The translations under genes were made by a program, and so were the position numbers. Source: Glaucostegus cemiculus (taxonomy: Eukaryota). From it: a DNA stretch of 64,000 nucleotides. Location of the stretch: the NCBI GenBank assembly GCA_976551045.1, contig CDPCPM010000207.1, positions 4,898,001 to 4,962,000 of the forward strand, written 5' to 3'. The notes below the pieces were generated by a model that saw only the letters and a program-made list of their open reading frames with translations, did no database searches and had not been told where the DNA came from. Shown here piece by piece: positions 13,240-25,763 of this stretch (positions within the stretch are counted from its first letter, which is position 1; the number at the start of each line of letters is the position of its first letter).

Positions 13240-14050
13240 TCCCCCTTTCTGTACAGCAACCTTCGTAGGACAAAAGTTGTGCAGAAGAACACCTTTAACC
13301 GTGAGTCGATCAGTCAGTGGACAGCATGGAATTTTCTGTAGGGTCTGGGGAACAGGAGATGGTTAGATGATTTCCCAAACAGATTGTCAACGTCATTAGA
13401 GGGAATGGTTCAACACCAGAACTTTCGATTAAGCACTGTGCTCAGTTGGTGGTGAGCAGTCTTCCTTGTCACACCCTTCTTGCACAGCTGGAGTCTCCGT
13501 GTCAATGCATACAGCCCTTGAGGTGGATGTGTTGGGCAGTGAGTCTATTGTTCATTGCTTGTTGGAATGCTTGATTGCCAAGAAGGTCTGGAAAGAGATG
13601 CCATGTGTTTTTTTATTAATGTTCACCTAAACATTCTCTGGGTTGCTCACAGGGACACACATCAAGACAAGCACCCACTGATTTAGAAAGATGCCTTTTT
13701 GTTTGCCCAAAACATGTTGGTCTTCCAGAACAGGGAGCTATCTACAACCACATGTAGTGGACAAGCACATTCCAAGTCTCAGGAATATGTACTGCAGGGA
13801 ACATTGAAACTTGATACAGCCACCACAAAGGCTTGACGGGGAAATACTGCAGTTTAAGGCCCTGCCACTATTGCACACTGATGATGTGGAACTTGCGGAG
13901 AGCAAAACCCTCAGACTGTTTCTTCAAGAAAAGTTTGTCCAGATACGATATAAAGGGAATGATATGGCTTGTATTGAGAATAGCAACATATGAATGCAGA
14001 ACAGCACACATCTGCAAACTTCATGAATAGAGCAAAATATTTGAAATTTT
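13240..14050 (+). mobile_element. Tx1/L1-clade LINE 3' end with degenerate CCHC zinc knuckle
   Basis: Fragments ESIVHCLLECLIAKKVWKEM and KDAFLFAQNMLVFQNRELSTTTCSGQAHSKSQEYVLQGTLKL match the Tx1 ORF2 C-terminus; stops and frameshifts present. Confidence 0.8.
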
Positions 14051-17000
14051 AAAAATCTCCCTTATCGCTTTTAGGCTGTGATAAAAGGCAGGGATGGGAA
14101 TTCCAGTCAGGAATCAGTAGTACCAGAGAAAACTATTCATAGAAGAATATTTTGAGAGTCAACTTCTTAATTAGATAGTGGCAATAATTTCCCTTTGAAA
14201 TCATGAGGGAACTGGAACTCTGATCAGGAGAGCGACCTCTGGGATAGACAGATCAATCCATTTGATTGTTGATCAATTCTTGGTTGCAATAGGTAAAACA
14301 ACTGAGACAGCAGATCACAATTACAGATGGAATTATTATGTAATTTATAGACCCCATGTGCAGCATTGGATTTGCTCTACTTATAGGTTCCTTGTGGAAC
14401 GTACATTGCCTTGAAGCAAGACAGGAATGAGTGTTGGCAATTATTCAAATATCAGAGCCTATCACTGAAAGAGCCAAAATGGCTGCCAAGATAGGATCTT
14501 CTTCAACTTTTACAAGACACTGCAGATAACTTGAACAACATCATCACAGGAATCCAAGATTTCAAATTGGAAAAAATGGTTGCAGAAAAGCTGCAAGGGA
14601 TGGGAGAGAAGAAATGATAAAGCTGTAAGTATTATTTAGATAATGCCAGGTGATTATTGCCCCTCACTACATCGTCCTGGACCACGGAACATGCCAGTCC
14701 GCAACATTCAGTAATTAATTCCTTGTTTTGGAAAACCAGCAAGCTTTGGGCAGATGAAACGGCTTAGGAGGAAACAAAGAATAAGGGAGGTGAGAGTTCC
14801 CATAATTATGTGGTCCAAATCAGAATGAGCTTTCAGAACTATCCTGTTATTGAAATGATCAGGTTACTTGATCTCCCATTCTCCTCAACCTTCAGAATTA
14901 CTCAATTGCCATCAGCGATTCTGCTATTTTTGTAAAGCGTAAATTGTCAGTAACTATATGACTTTTAAAAATCTGGATTAAAAGCAATCCGGTCAATTTC
15001 ATTTCTGTCACCTCTTGCTAAAAGTTTCCAAGGCCACAGGTGAGTAATGGGTTAACAAAAGACAGTAGGTTTTCCAAAATTTGAACTCCAGTTGTTCGCC
15101 TCCTTTTGCCAAGATTTTCACAGTTAACAAATGCTTTTCATGTCACCCTGTCCATGCCAGCCATCAAGTGCACATCTACATTAATCCCATTTACCAACAC
15201 TTTGTGTGTAGCCCACTCTGCCTTGGCAACTCAGGTGTTTATCTGGGTTCTTCTTAACTGTTGTGAGAGTATCTGCCTCTTTATAAATTTGAACAAAACT
15301 ATAAGATATTACCAATTTGTTTGAATTTCTTTGCAGTCATGCAATGGAAGTTTTTGCAGAGAGAAGCTGAAGGGAGATTGAGTTTAGACTTAGTCAGAAA
15401 TCAAGCCTTGATCCTTGAACCAAGATGTACCCATTCAGCCAGAGGAGCTATCACAGAAAGAGTCATGTCACCAAAGCAATTCACAGGAGTGAGTGTGAGC
15501 ATTCAGTAACTAAGGCAGCAAGTGTGTCCTTACAGTTAATTCCCAGGCCCAGGGTCATTTCTCATCACAGCAAAACAGACTTAACTGTAAAGTGACCATT
15601 TCAAATGTCAAGTGTTTGCTTGCTTCTAGAGGGGTTAATCTGAGTTTCCATCACTGTATTACAAAAAGATGAGATTACTGAAGGAAAGGGCTTTAATAAT
15701 GAAAGCTCCAGTGATCATACTTCAATCACCCCTTTGTTTATGCTACATAGAGAGGAGTCTAAAGACACTAATATTCGCTCAGGCTGCTCTTAAACTTCAG
15801 AAAATGTCCAACACCACTCTATCACTCTTAGTCTTAAACACTTGCCAAGCATCCATTCAGATTTTTCTTGAATTACTATCTGTTCCAAGGTTTCCTTGCA
15901 GTTCATCTTGAACATTCAACCATTTTGTGCAGCACAGTGAAATTGGCACAGTCTCTTCACCGTCTCATAACTGAGTCACGTACAGAGTGCATGAATCACC
16001 CCTAAATTAATTCATGAATCCTAAACATTTCTTTTCACACCCTTTCCTCATGGTTCACTTTCTAGGATTCTCAAAAAAAACAATGTTAAACATTCCCAGG
16101 TCAGATATACTGTAATGTAGGTTAAACTGAGATTAAAGCTCCCTCTACGTTGTCCCTTCAAAACTTTCTTGATTAAATGTAGAATTTTTAGATGCAGATA
16201 ATAGATTCCAATACAAAATCTCAATCAAGACTTATGAAAGAAGACCATCCTGAAACATTAACTCTGTTTCTCTTTCTTTGAAGGTGTTGTCAAGTTGCTG
16301 AGATTTTTGAGTTTTAAAGATTTAAATATAAAATCTGCTGTCCTGCACTGTTTTTCCATTTAGCAACCAACCCATTGTTAAGTTACAAGAAGAGATTTGT
16401 TGATGAGGAAGGATATATGGATCACCCTATTTTATTTATGATTTAAATGCATTTTCCAAATCTCAGTTCCTTCTGATTCATCCCCTTCTCTGATTCACCC
16501 TCTACTCCTGCCCACACTTCTTGGAAACTGTGTCTAAGCTGCTCTACACTCATCCAACATCAGACTCTAGGAAGCAGCATTGAGAAAGTGCTCCTATCTC
16601 ATCAATCTGGATCAAAACTCAAGACACAGAGGTGAAAGGTTAGTGTACAACTCAGCTTTAATTATGTTAAAACCTAAAGCAAAGATCTGAGGATACTAAG
16701 CTAGAATTGGGATAATAAGCTGCACATTGAACGTGCCTGCATCCTATAGCAATCAGACCCACGTATCACTAGATAATCTTCATTGAATCTAATATATGCG
16801 AAAGCTACTTGTGGCAAAGCAATCTGTCTCTTGGGCAGTGTGGGCCTGAGGATAGCGGCATTGATTATGTCACTGGAAAATGTCTTGTGCTTTCAGTTAC
16901 TCTGCTACTTCTGCGTAAAGGCAGGGGGTTGGGGGGGACCAAGAGAAAAATAGCCAAAACAGAAAGTATTTAAAATTGTTTCTCTTAAATTGAAAAACAA

Positions 17001-18049
17001 GCCTGTCAGCACCAAAGCACCAGGAAATAAACTACAGTAGCAAAAAGTGTCGCCCATGGCCAGTTGACATAACCCACTTAGAACTTGTCATCAGTGCATT
17101 ATAATGCAATTTCCATATCACATTAATTATCCATTAGCCTCTGTTTATTAATGGGAATATGGTGCATTCAGGGAAAGAAAAAGAATTTGACAAATTTTGT
17201 TGAACAAATTTACACATAATGTCTAAATTGAAACTCAAGGGAAGGTAAAAGGAGTAGGAACAGGAATTACAGAACCACCCCCACCCCCACAAAAAAAAAA
17301 TCTGATTTAAATCTCTGGTTCACAATTTTACAACTATATTGAACAGTTCACATGGGCTATTTCTCCCAGCAAGAGCAACGAAGCAGTTACTCTGCAAGCA
17401 ATCTTGTCCACAATCATTTACTTACTTGCTCCACGTACCATTAAATGTTCCTCTTTTTCCAAGTACACATCTAGTTTCCTTTTGAAAGAATTCATCAGAT
17501 CTGCTTCAACAACAATGTTAAAAAATCTCATGTTCAAACAGAAATTCTCTTTGACTTTTCCTTCTTTCTTTTTGCACACCTTAAATAATGCTCACTCTCT
17601 TCATAGTCTTACAACAATCTATCAGTAGTAACCTTGTCCTAACTCTCTATCATTCAACCTGCTTTTCAGGCCCAATGAAAATAAACCTGATTTGTCATAA
17701 AACAGTGAAGGGTTTCAGAAGTGTGAAGGATGTTTCAATGTCTGTAACTAGGAACCACATACGTCAATAATAAACCCAGTAAGGAATCAGAAAAAAAGCT
17801 GTTTCATTCAGAAAATGGTGAAAATTTGGAAATTTCTACCACTTGCACTGTTTGACATGAATCACATAAATTCATTAAAGGGGAGGATACCTGGGGGAAG
17901 GATCAGGGGGTATTATAGATGGGTACATGCAGTAAGTGGGCTCCGAGGCAGTTCATGGGGAGTGTCCACCATTCAGACTGAGTGTCCTGTTTCACTGCCT
18001 GCTTTCTGTAAATCTCTGTAATTGCAACTGATCAAGCTTGGTCATATAA

Positions 18050-18440
18050 AATCACTGAATGATGCAGAAGGAAGTCATTTGGCCCACTGTGCTTGAAAAA
18101 GAAAATTCCAACTGACCCACTCATCAATTCCTTATCCTTAGCCCTGTAATCTTCCTCTAGTACTGATGTAATTTCTATTTGGAAGTTTTAATAATTCTGC
18201 TTCTGCTTCCCTTTCAAGGCATTCCCCATCACAACAACTTACTACTTAAACATTTCACCCTTGTGCTCCCTTTTGCTCTGTCACCAACTACTTTGGCTGT
18301 GAGTGCTCTGTCTACCATTCTTCTGCCATTCGAAGTAGTTTCTCCCTTATTTTTCCTGTCAAATCTCATCGTGCATTTGAGTACCACAGTCAAATCTCCC
18401 CTTAACCTTCTCCGTTTAAGTGAACGTGTGCATGAACTTA
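18050..18440 (-). mobile_element. old CR1 LINE 3' end
   Basis: ORF 18229-18510 contains SLKRRRLRGDLTVVLKCTMRFDR (CR1 SLERRRLRGDLIEV motif). Confidence 0.8.
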
Positions 18441-18451
18441 ACCAGTTCAAC

Positions 18452-18616
18452 CAAAACAACTTACATTTATTTGGCCCTTGAACATAGTAAATCATCCCAA
18501 GGGGCATCATGAAAGTTCAATCAGACAAAGACTGAAACCAAGCAAAGGAACTAGATATTGGAAAGTGTGATTTAAAGCTTGCTCAAAGAGGTATGTTTTA
18601 AAGAGCATCTTAAAGC
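18452..18616 (-). mobile_element. L2-type LINE 3' end nested in the CR1 fragment
   Basis: ACAACTTACATTTAT...CATCCCAAGG...AGCTTGCTCAAAGAGGTATGTTTTAAAGAGCATCTTAAAG; tail resembles the Deu-SINE tails. Confidence 0.6.
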
Positions 18617-20642
18617 CTATAATATCCAAAACCATACACAATACTCTGACTGCAGTCTTTGTTGAATTTACTTTCTTGCCCCTAGCTATAAGCCCAAGAT
18701 TTCTATCTATGTTTAAATGGCCTTTTCTACTTGCTCTGCCATTTTAATGAGGGTGAGGAGGAGGAGTCTGGAAAGGGTGCCCTGTAGGTCAGTCTTAGAC
18801 CAGAAGAACTATAATAGAAATACCAGAAATATAATTAGTGAAAGTGTGCAGTTGAACATATATGGATAATGTGCATTAAAAACTCATGTGATATCAACAG
18901 CTGATCATTAGGTTCAAAATGAAAATGCAAAATCTGCATGTCTTCGAAACAGATTCTGCAGCCAGTCTGCACAGACTGGCTCCCAGTTTATCATTTCTCC
19001 CTCTGTTTGACATATGTGCTGTCAATCTGATGCCAGTACTGTCTGTCTGCCTGATAGAAGCCCTGCACTTGATTTTTCCCTGCGGCCCGTACAGCTCCTG
19101 CTGCAGAAAGCACAAGTTCAGTCTCCATCACATCAGGGACAAAGATTCTAGAATGGGAGCCCCTTGGAAATTATCCCGTCACGGCACTAGGCTGTGGCAG
19201 CAAGAATAAATCAAGCTTGTTTTGTTACTTGCACAACCTTTTGCTAATCACAGCTTGACTGTTTAAATATAGTGATGGTCTGCGCCATACTATTGTCAAT
19301 CATCTTCCTGTCACTTTCACACTCACTCCCCTTTCAGCTCATTCTTCGTGTATCTTTCATGCTATTCCTTCCATTTATTCTTTGTCTGAATAGATTCTTA
19401 TTTTTCATCCCTCTGCCTCATTCTGACTCTAATTTTTTGGCTCTCTTACTCTCAATAACCCTCTCCTTCAATCTACCTAACTCTGATCATCAGTCTCTGT
19501 CTCTTATGCTGTTTATCACCTAAATACTTGTGGCTTTCTCAATATCTTGGTATTTTTCCAGCTGTTTTACTTTTTACCTTCCTCAATATACAGCTTATTC
19601 TACTCCCTTTATGTAAAGTACTCCACTGTGCTGATCTAATTAGGCATTATAGAATACTATCATAGAGTATTTTATTCCCTTCCTAATTCAAGGATCTCAA
19701 AATTAAATATAGCAACCTTCCTGCTGCCCTAAAAGAACTTAGGACAGATTAAGGACAGTATCTAAATTCTTGGTTTGCATGGCTCAGTAACACAACTACC
19801 AAGCTGCAGAAACAAGAGTTTCTATTTTAAAGATGTTTATCAAAAATAATGATGCTGATGCGTTTGAAACAAATACAAGATTGCTGAAGAGGGCAAATAA
19901 AATCTCTCCGTCACTCTTGGATGCCAGTCATGTTGTGCCCATCTGAATCTCACTTAGGGTATAAAAGGTAGCAGATTAGTGCACACACAGGGCTTGGATG
20001 CCTGTCTGGAATATATTTGCTGCAGATTTGGTTCTAAACTGCCATATGGGACGTGGGAGAGTCTTTTTTAACTCTAAGCTGTCGTTGCAATAAATTAATT
20101 TGCTTTGTTCCTTGCTGCATTTGGAATCAAACAAGCCATAAATTCAGAAAGGCCTTCAAATTTATTACTGGGTGAATAAATGGAGGTTCTATCCCTCTTT
20201 CTCACACATTCTCTTTCTACATCCATCTTGTTTGCTTATAGACCTGCTTTCTGTGACTATTTTATAAATTATACTGTTGCATCTCACAAAAGAACTTTCA
20301 TAGAATTTTCATTTTTAGCATTTCAAAGAAGTGTACAAAGAAGCAGCCAATGCTTCTTTTGTTAATGATGTTTTCATATTTAAATATCAACACAAATCAT
20401 GAAATGATAAAACACAATGTAACAAAACCCAGTGTTAAAAGTTACAAAGGAAAATGTGAAGATTCCATGAAGTTGTTCACTGCTGGAGTGGTTAATATCC
20501 AAGTCCGTTACTACATATTTATGCAGAGGGATGTATGGAGAAACACAGAGGTGGAGGAATAAGCAGACAGAGAACACACACACACACACACACACAGAAA
20601 CAGAGATAAAATGAGAAGATAAAGATATACAGAGAGAAAGGG

Positions 20643-20643
<1 letters not shown>

Positions 20644-20717
<74 letters not shown>
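20644..20717. repeat. (CA)37 microsatellite, with a shorter (AC)n at 20574-20596
   Basis: Directly visible perfect dinucleotide repeat. Confidence 0.98.
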
Positions 20718-20718
<1 letters not shown>

Positions 20719-23039
20719 TTAGATACTGTGCCAAAGACTCAGTCTCGCATGCACATGCACACACATAAACTTGCATCGCCAAAGTAATTAACACAGGCGC
20801 ATGCACACAGACAGACCCCAAGATAGCTTCACCAAGGAACAAGGAAGCCCTTGTCTGTGCCAACACTCGGTGCCTTTGTCACTGATGGGCATCTGTTTGT
20901 ATTCGACCTCAGCCGTGGTCACAGCCGTTTCCCAGCTCCTCTTGACAATGCCAAAGCTGCCTCTCCAGACTACGAATGAGGATCCCAGTACAATGCAGCC
21001 ATTGTCAGAATGAGGAGAAGGGAAGGGGTGGGATAATGATCTGGTCACAATAAACTGTTTACTAACACAATTGCTACAGCTGCATGGTCCCCCTCTTGAA
21101 AGGTTGTTTGTGTTTTTTGTTCTTATCCTGTTTATTGCATGGGGAAAGATCAACATTTATTTAAGCTGGCTTTAGAGACTGGAGAGTCACTGTCTATTAA
21201 AAACTGTTGTGCTGTTTTATTGTCCAGTTACATGTGAAAGCCAAGTGGTCAAAAAGAGATAGACGTGGGGCTTTTTTACCCTCTAATGAGCATTGAATTT
21301 AGCTCACTTTAGCTGCACTAAAACCTGAATACAACTAGCTCACAGGGAGGAGGAATAAGATTATTTTTCTTAACAGTATGTGTAATTTAACTGTCCTGTG
21401 CGAGTTAACTGGTGAATGACTGCCTCCCTATAGCTAAATAACTACTCCGATCAATTAACTGTTCTACTTTCAGTTTTGCTCATTTCTATAAAGGCTTCAT
21501 CTCAGTTTTCTAACATAATTATGACCAACGATCTCTATTCCAAAAATTTAACCTGTCTTTTTCCATTCTAGATGCTTGTGCAGCTGATTAGCTTCATGTT
21601 GAATTTTCTGTTTTATGCCAGTAGTGGGTTTTGTCTTTAGTTTAATATTACCCTCTCCCCATATGACTTGCTTGCTTATCGCAACATTAAAAGGTAAACT
21701 CGGAGCAGTTAACAGGAATTTTTTTTTGTATAAAATTTGCTAAATGTGCACAACCCAGGGCGTGGATGCAAGAACAGCCAGTCAAGCAAAAATTAGCATC
21801 TAACTTATTGGGCCCTGTTTATTAAATCATCATTTCTCTTGGGTCCCAAACCTAGCTCTCTTTACACATGTCTTGATGCAAAATTAATTAAAGAAAAGTT
21901 TGACTTTTGGATGGTTGAATGCATTATTGATGGGTTTCTTGTTTTGGAAGAGAGAACCACAAAAAGACACAGAAAATGTGCCAAAATCCATCCTCCTCCT
22001 GAAACACAACTTGCAGCTCTCAGCTTATACAGAGGTCAAGCTCTGACACTCACCAAAGGCAAGATAAGTTGATCCAATATCTAACTACACCAGACAGACC
22101 CGAGAATCTTGGCACAAGTCTGGTCAGTACTCAGTTAACTGGCTTTGCTAAGGGCAGCCTTAGCAACAGTACAATGGTCCCCTGCGATCTTGAACTTCAT
22201 GAGGGAATGTGGGACGGATTGTAGCAACAACAAAATCGACCAGCAATTCTTCTCCTGATCATTATCTAAGGTCGTGCTGGATTTCTACATACATTTAATG
22301 ATGATCTGCAGTGATGTTCTCACAGTCAAATAGCCTTGTGCATGAACAATGGATATCTGAATTAGATAATGAAAGCAGCCCAGTCTAGCTAGGAAGAAGC
22401 AAAACTGATACTTATTTTTCTTAATTGTCTAGGTTGTCCTTTCAAATTAATTCTACAAATACACAATGTGCCTTGCACATTTATGTTTACTTTTGTAACA
22501 CAAAGAGTTAGCGACACATTCTATACCAATTTTGCCATTAAAGTCAACTGAAACTCAAGGTTTTTGTTGGAGCACTGTTGGATTCATTCCCATGCAGAGC
22601 ACACTTATAACCAGCCCACCAATCTCTTCAACACTTTAGCTATCACTTTCCTCTGGTAGGGACAGAGACCTACACAATTGACAGCTTGTAACTCGGATGC
22701 AGTTCCTGCGTTAATGATGCTCACATCATTTAGAATGATACTGCAATTTCATGCACATTTTTCTATAAAATATCTTTTTTGCCAAACAGATTTCCAAAGT
22801 GAGAAAACTTCTGCCTCCGTCTCTATAACTTTACTTGTTCACACTCGGTTATGCATCTTCGAGCATAACCTTCTCTCTCCCCTTTGGTCTAAAGTTAGTA
22901 TCATTAGGAAATCATTCCACAGGCAATAGTTGCGCCCAACTATCATTCTGCAGTGAATCCTCACAACCCAGGCTGCATGACTGTCTTACTCAGTCTTGAT
23001 CAGAATTTCCATTGCGCACTCTTTCCATTACAAAGACTG

Positions 23040-23750
23040 TCTAATCTAATGTTATTACGTTAATGGCTTCTGTTCCTCCCATAGCCTATTCTTGGCAGAA
23101 ACTGTCATCCATGAGTTTACCGTCTCCGTGTTTGTCTTCACCCTCCATAAAGTTCAGCTCAGCTAGAACTCTGCTGCATCAGCCTATTCTGCTCACAATT
23201 AGTCCTGACTCGCCTGAACTATGTTGGTTTCATACACCCAGCATTTGCAATTTAAAATTCTCGTACTTATGTTTAAAATCCTTAAATTTTTTAAAAATTT
23301 ATTTACAGCGTGGTAACAGGCCCTTTCTGCCCAACACGTCCGCGCTGCCCATTTTCAACCCCCAAATTAACCTACCCGTACATCTTTTCAGAATGTGGGA
23401 GGAAACCGGAGCACCCGGAGGAAACCCACGCAGACACGGGAGAATGTACAAACTCCTTACAGTCAGCGACGGGAATCGAACCCCGATTGCTGGCGCTGTA
23501 ACAGCGTCGCGCTAACTGCTACGCGATCTTGTTCTTCCAGACTAAGAAAAGCAACCCCTCACCCCAACCAAATAATTCTTGACTCAAGACCCTCCCTGCA
23601 CCCACACCTTCCATTTGTTCACGTCTTCAGGTATCCAGGCCTCAAGCCGTGGAAACCTGTTGGGAAATCCTCCATCCCTCCACCTCAGTTTCCTCTCCCA
23701 AGACTCTCGTTGAAACATCCATGACTAAGGTTTTTTGACCGTCATTTCTA
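23040..23750 (+). mobile_element. old L2 LINE 3' portion interrupted by a V-SINE
   Basis: TLHKVQLS*NSAA...ELCWF...FKILVLMFK resembles the L2 ORF2 C-terminus (LQLIQNAAAR...LHWL...FKILLL); continues after the SINE. Confidence 0.6.
23287..23524 (-). mobile_element. tRNA-derived V-SINE (HE1-like), young copy
   Basis: Minus strand B box GGTTCGATTCCC (23471-23482), V domain GTGGGTTTCCTCCGGGTGCTCCGGTTTCCTCCCAC, CR1-type tail and A-rich end. CpGs retained; highly similar to the copy at 24720. Confidence 0.92.
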
Positions 23751-24088
23751 ACGTGGTTCAGCAGACACCTCCCCTGCACCTCACCCCTCTCATATCTCCA
23801 CGGACAAAGGTACTGCCTGACATGAAGAACAAGTTTATGATAGGCTCCACCTCCATAAGGATTGAAACTCCTGTTAATTACACAATGATCCTCACACGAA
23901 TGGATTCTGGCTGAGGACAGGGGACTGATACCAGAGACTGTCTGCTGTAGTTAAATGACCTGGTATGACCTTGTTTCACTCACTCACTTTCTGGACCCAA
24001 ACCGAGTCATGTATGAGGGCACCTGAAGATTCTTGCAGCCCTCAGGAAAGTGGATGCTCTGGGTTTGGTGGTGGGAAGGTTGACCCAC

Positions 24089-24134
24089 CAGTATTTCTTG
24101 GTACCTTGTAAAAACAAGGTACCAAGAAATACTG
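24089..24134. repeat. perfect 21-bp inverted repeat with a 4-nt loop
   Basis: CAGTATTTCTTGGTACCTTGT-AAAA-ACAAGGTACCAAGAAATACTG. Confidence 0.97.
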
Positions 24135-24674
24135 TAAACTTAAAAAATTTTAAATGCAGCCTATTTTACCCAGTCTCAACAGATTAAAAAAAGTTCTACC
24201 CTCTGGTAAATCCTAAGTATTTTTTGTTTTCTAATATCCTACAAGGTTTGCTTTTTAAAGTAATGGGGAGGAAATGTATTAACACTGAATGGGTGTAATG
24301 GAATTGACTGCAGTCTTGAAAATCAGTTTCATCAAAGTCAGTGAACAAAATTTGGGGAGGAGTTTTAAATGAAGAGTCATGATGTTTAAACACAAGCAAC
24401 CAAATACAATTTCCTATCCCATGATTTATTACTATGGAGACATAGTTTACCTCACAAGTAGAAAGAGAGAGACATACAGAGGAGAAAGCAAAGAAGAGGG
24501 TGTACTTTTGAACCTTTGACTCTACAGACATTGGGTTTAAGCCCCACCCCAATTACTACAGCACAAACATCGAGGCTAAGATTCCAGTACAGTGATGAGC
24601 TGTTCTTATTTCAGACATATCCCCAATGTGCTGGGCAGAATAAGCTTGACTAAAAAACAAATATTCTCCCTTTA

Positions 24675-25253
24675 TTATATATAGAGTAGACAGCCAGTGT
24701 CTTTTTCCTAGGGCCGAAATTTTTTTTTTAAATTAATTTTAATTTTATTTACAGCGTGGTAACAGGCCCTTTCGGCCCTCCAAATCCACGCCGCCCATTT
24801 TAAACCCCCAAATTAACCTACCCGTACGTCTTTCAGAATGTGGGAGGAAACCGGAGCACCCGGAGGAAACCCACACAGACACGGGAGAACGTACAAACTC
24901 CTTACAGACAGTGACGGGAATCAAACCCCGATCGCTGGTGCTGTAACAGCGTCGCGCTAACCGCTACGCTATCATGTGTCTAATACTGGAAGGCATGCAT
25001 TTAAGGTGAGGGGGGAAAGTTCAAAGGAGGTGTGCAGGGCAGGTTTTTTTTTTACACAGAGTGATGGGTGCCTGGAATGTATTGCCAGGGATGGTGGTGG
25101 AGGCAGGTATGATAGAGATGTTTCGGAGGCTCATGAATATGCTGTGAATGGAGAGATGTGGACCATATACAGGCAGAAGTCATTAATGTCATTAGCTTAA
25201 TTAGTTCGGCACAACACTGAGGGCTGAAGGGCCCTTGTTCTCTGTTCTATGTA
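24675..25253 (+). mobile_element. CR1-type LINE 3' end (HER1-like), interrupted by a V-SINE
   Basis: DSQCLFPRAE [SINE] SNTGRHAFKVRG...FFTQ resembles the CR1 ORF2 C-terminus. The 3' UTR ends GGGCTGAAGGGCC...GTTCTATGT; paralogous to 32154-32465. Confidence 0.85.
24720..24972 (-). mobile_element. tRNA-derived V-SINE (HE1-like), young copy
   Basis: Near-identical to 23287-23524 over about 220 bp, with an (A)n/TAAAA tail. Confidence 0.92.
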
Positions 25254-25750
25254 TGGTTTGTGGGAGAATGCTGTGTGCAAATTGACCACCAGGTTCCCTA
25301 TATTAGAATAAATGGACTTCAGAAATGTTTCATTGACTGCAAAGAATTGTGGGGTGTCCAACTGTCACGAAAGGTGCTAAGCAAATGCAAGCCTTCTTTT
25401 ACCAAATAATAACCCATCAGCTGATCTGGCAGAGTGCTCCGATCCCCTCCAAGACTGAGTAACTTGAGGAGGATGAATGTCTAACCGGAACTGTGGGTGT
25501 GAAAGGGCAGCTGCCAGCTGTGAATTGTAGCCTGGCAGTAGCTGACGCCTTCAGGGGAGGAGGGGAGCACTGGGCTGGACAGGGCAGTCAGGGAGGAAAT
25601 AATAGATGCCATAAAGAAATATTATAGTAATGTAAAGAGGCTGGAAAACAGTCTTATCCCAGGGAAAATAATAAAGCACCACGATCTTGGCGCATTATTA
25701 ATCCAAGTGCATAAATGCAGCTGCAGCGCTGAATGGGTGAGCATTAATCT

Positions 25751-25763
25751 GTTGCTATGCAAC
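25751..25763. promoter_or_regulatory. RFX X-box
   Basis: GTTGC-TAT-GCAAC, a palindromic X-box-type element. Confidence 0.55.

Larger units (their letters stand above)
24515..25400 (+). mobile_element. Deu-domain SINE split by nested LINE and SINE insertions
   Basis: Head at 24515-24670 (GGGTTTAAGCCCCAC...AGCACAAACATCGAGGCT...CCAGTACAGT) and tail at 25255-25400 (TTTGTGGGAGAATGCTGTGTGCAAATTG...AAATGCAAGCCTTCTTTT). Confidence 0.65.

Noticed and set aside
20380-20866. ORFs with long CVCVCV runs
   Set aside because: Translation of the (TG)n microsatellite, not protein.
23460-23524. tRNA-like sequences with A and B boxes (also near 24910-24972 and 48601-48665)
   Set aside because: They are SINE heads continuing into the V domain; I could not fold a full cloverleaf.
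23063-23724. Longest ORFs in the window (150 aa and 109 aa)
   Set aside because: They read through an L2 remnant and an antisense SINE, with no coherent domain.
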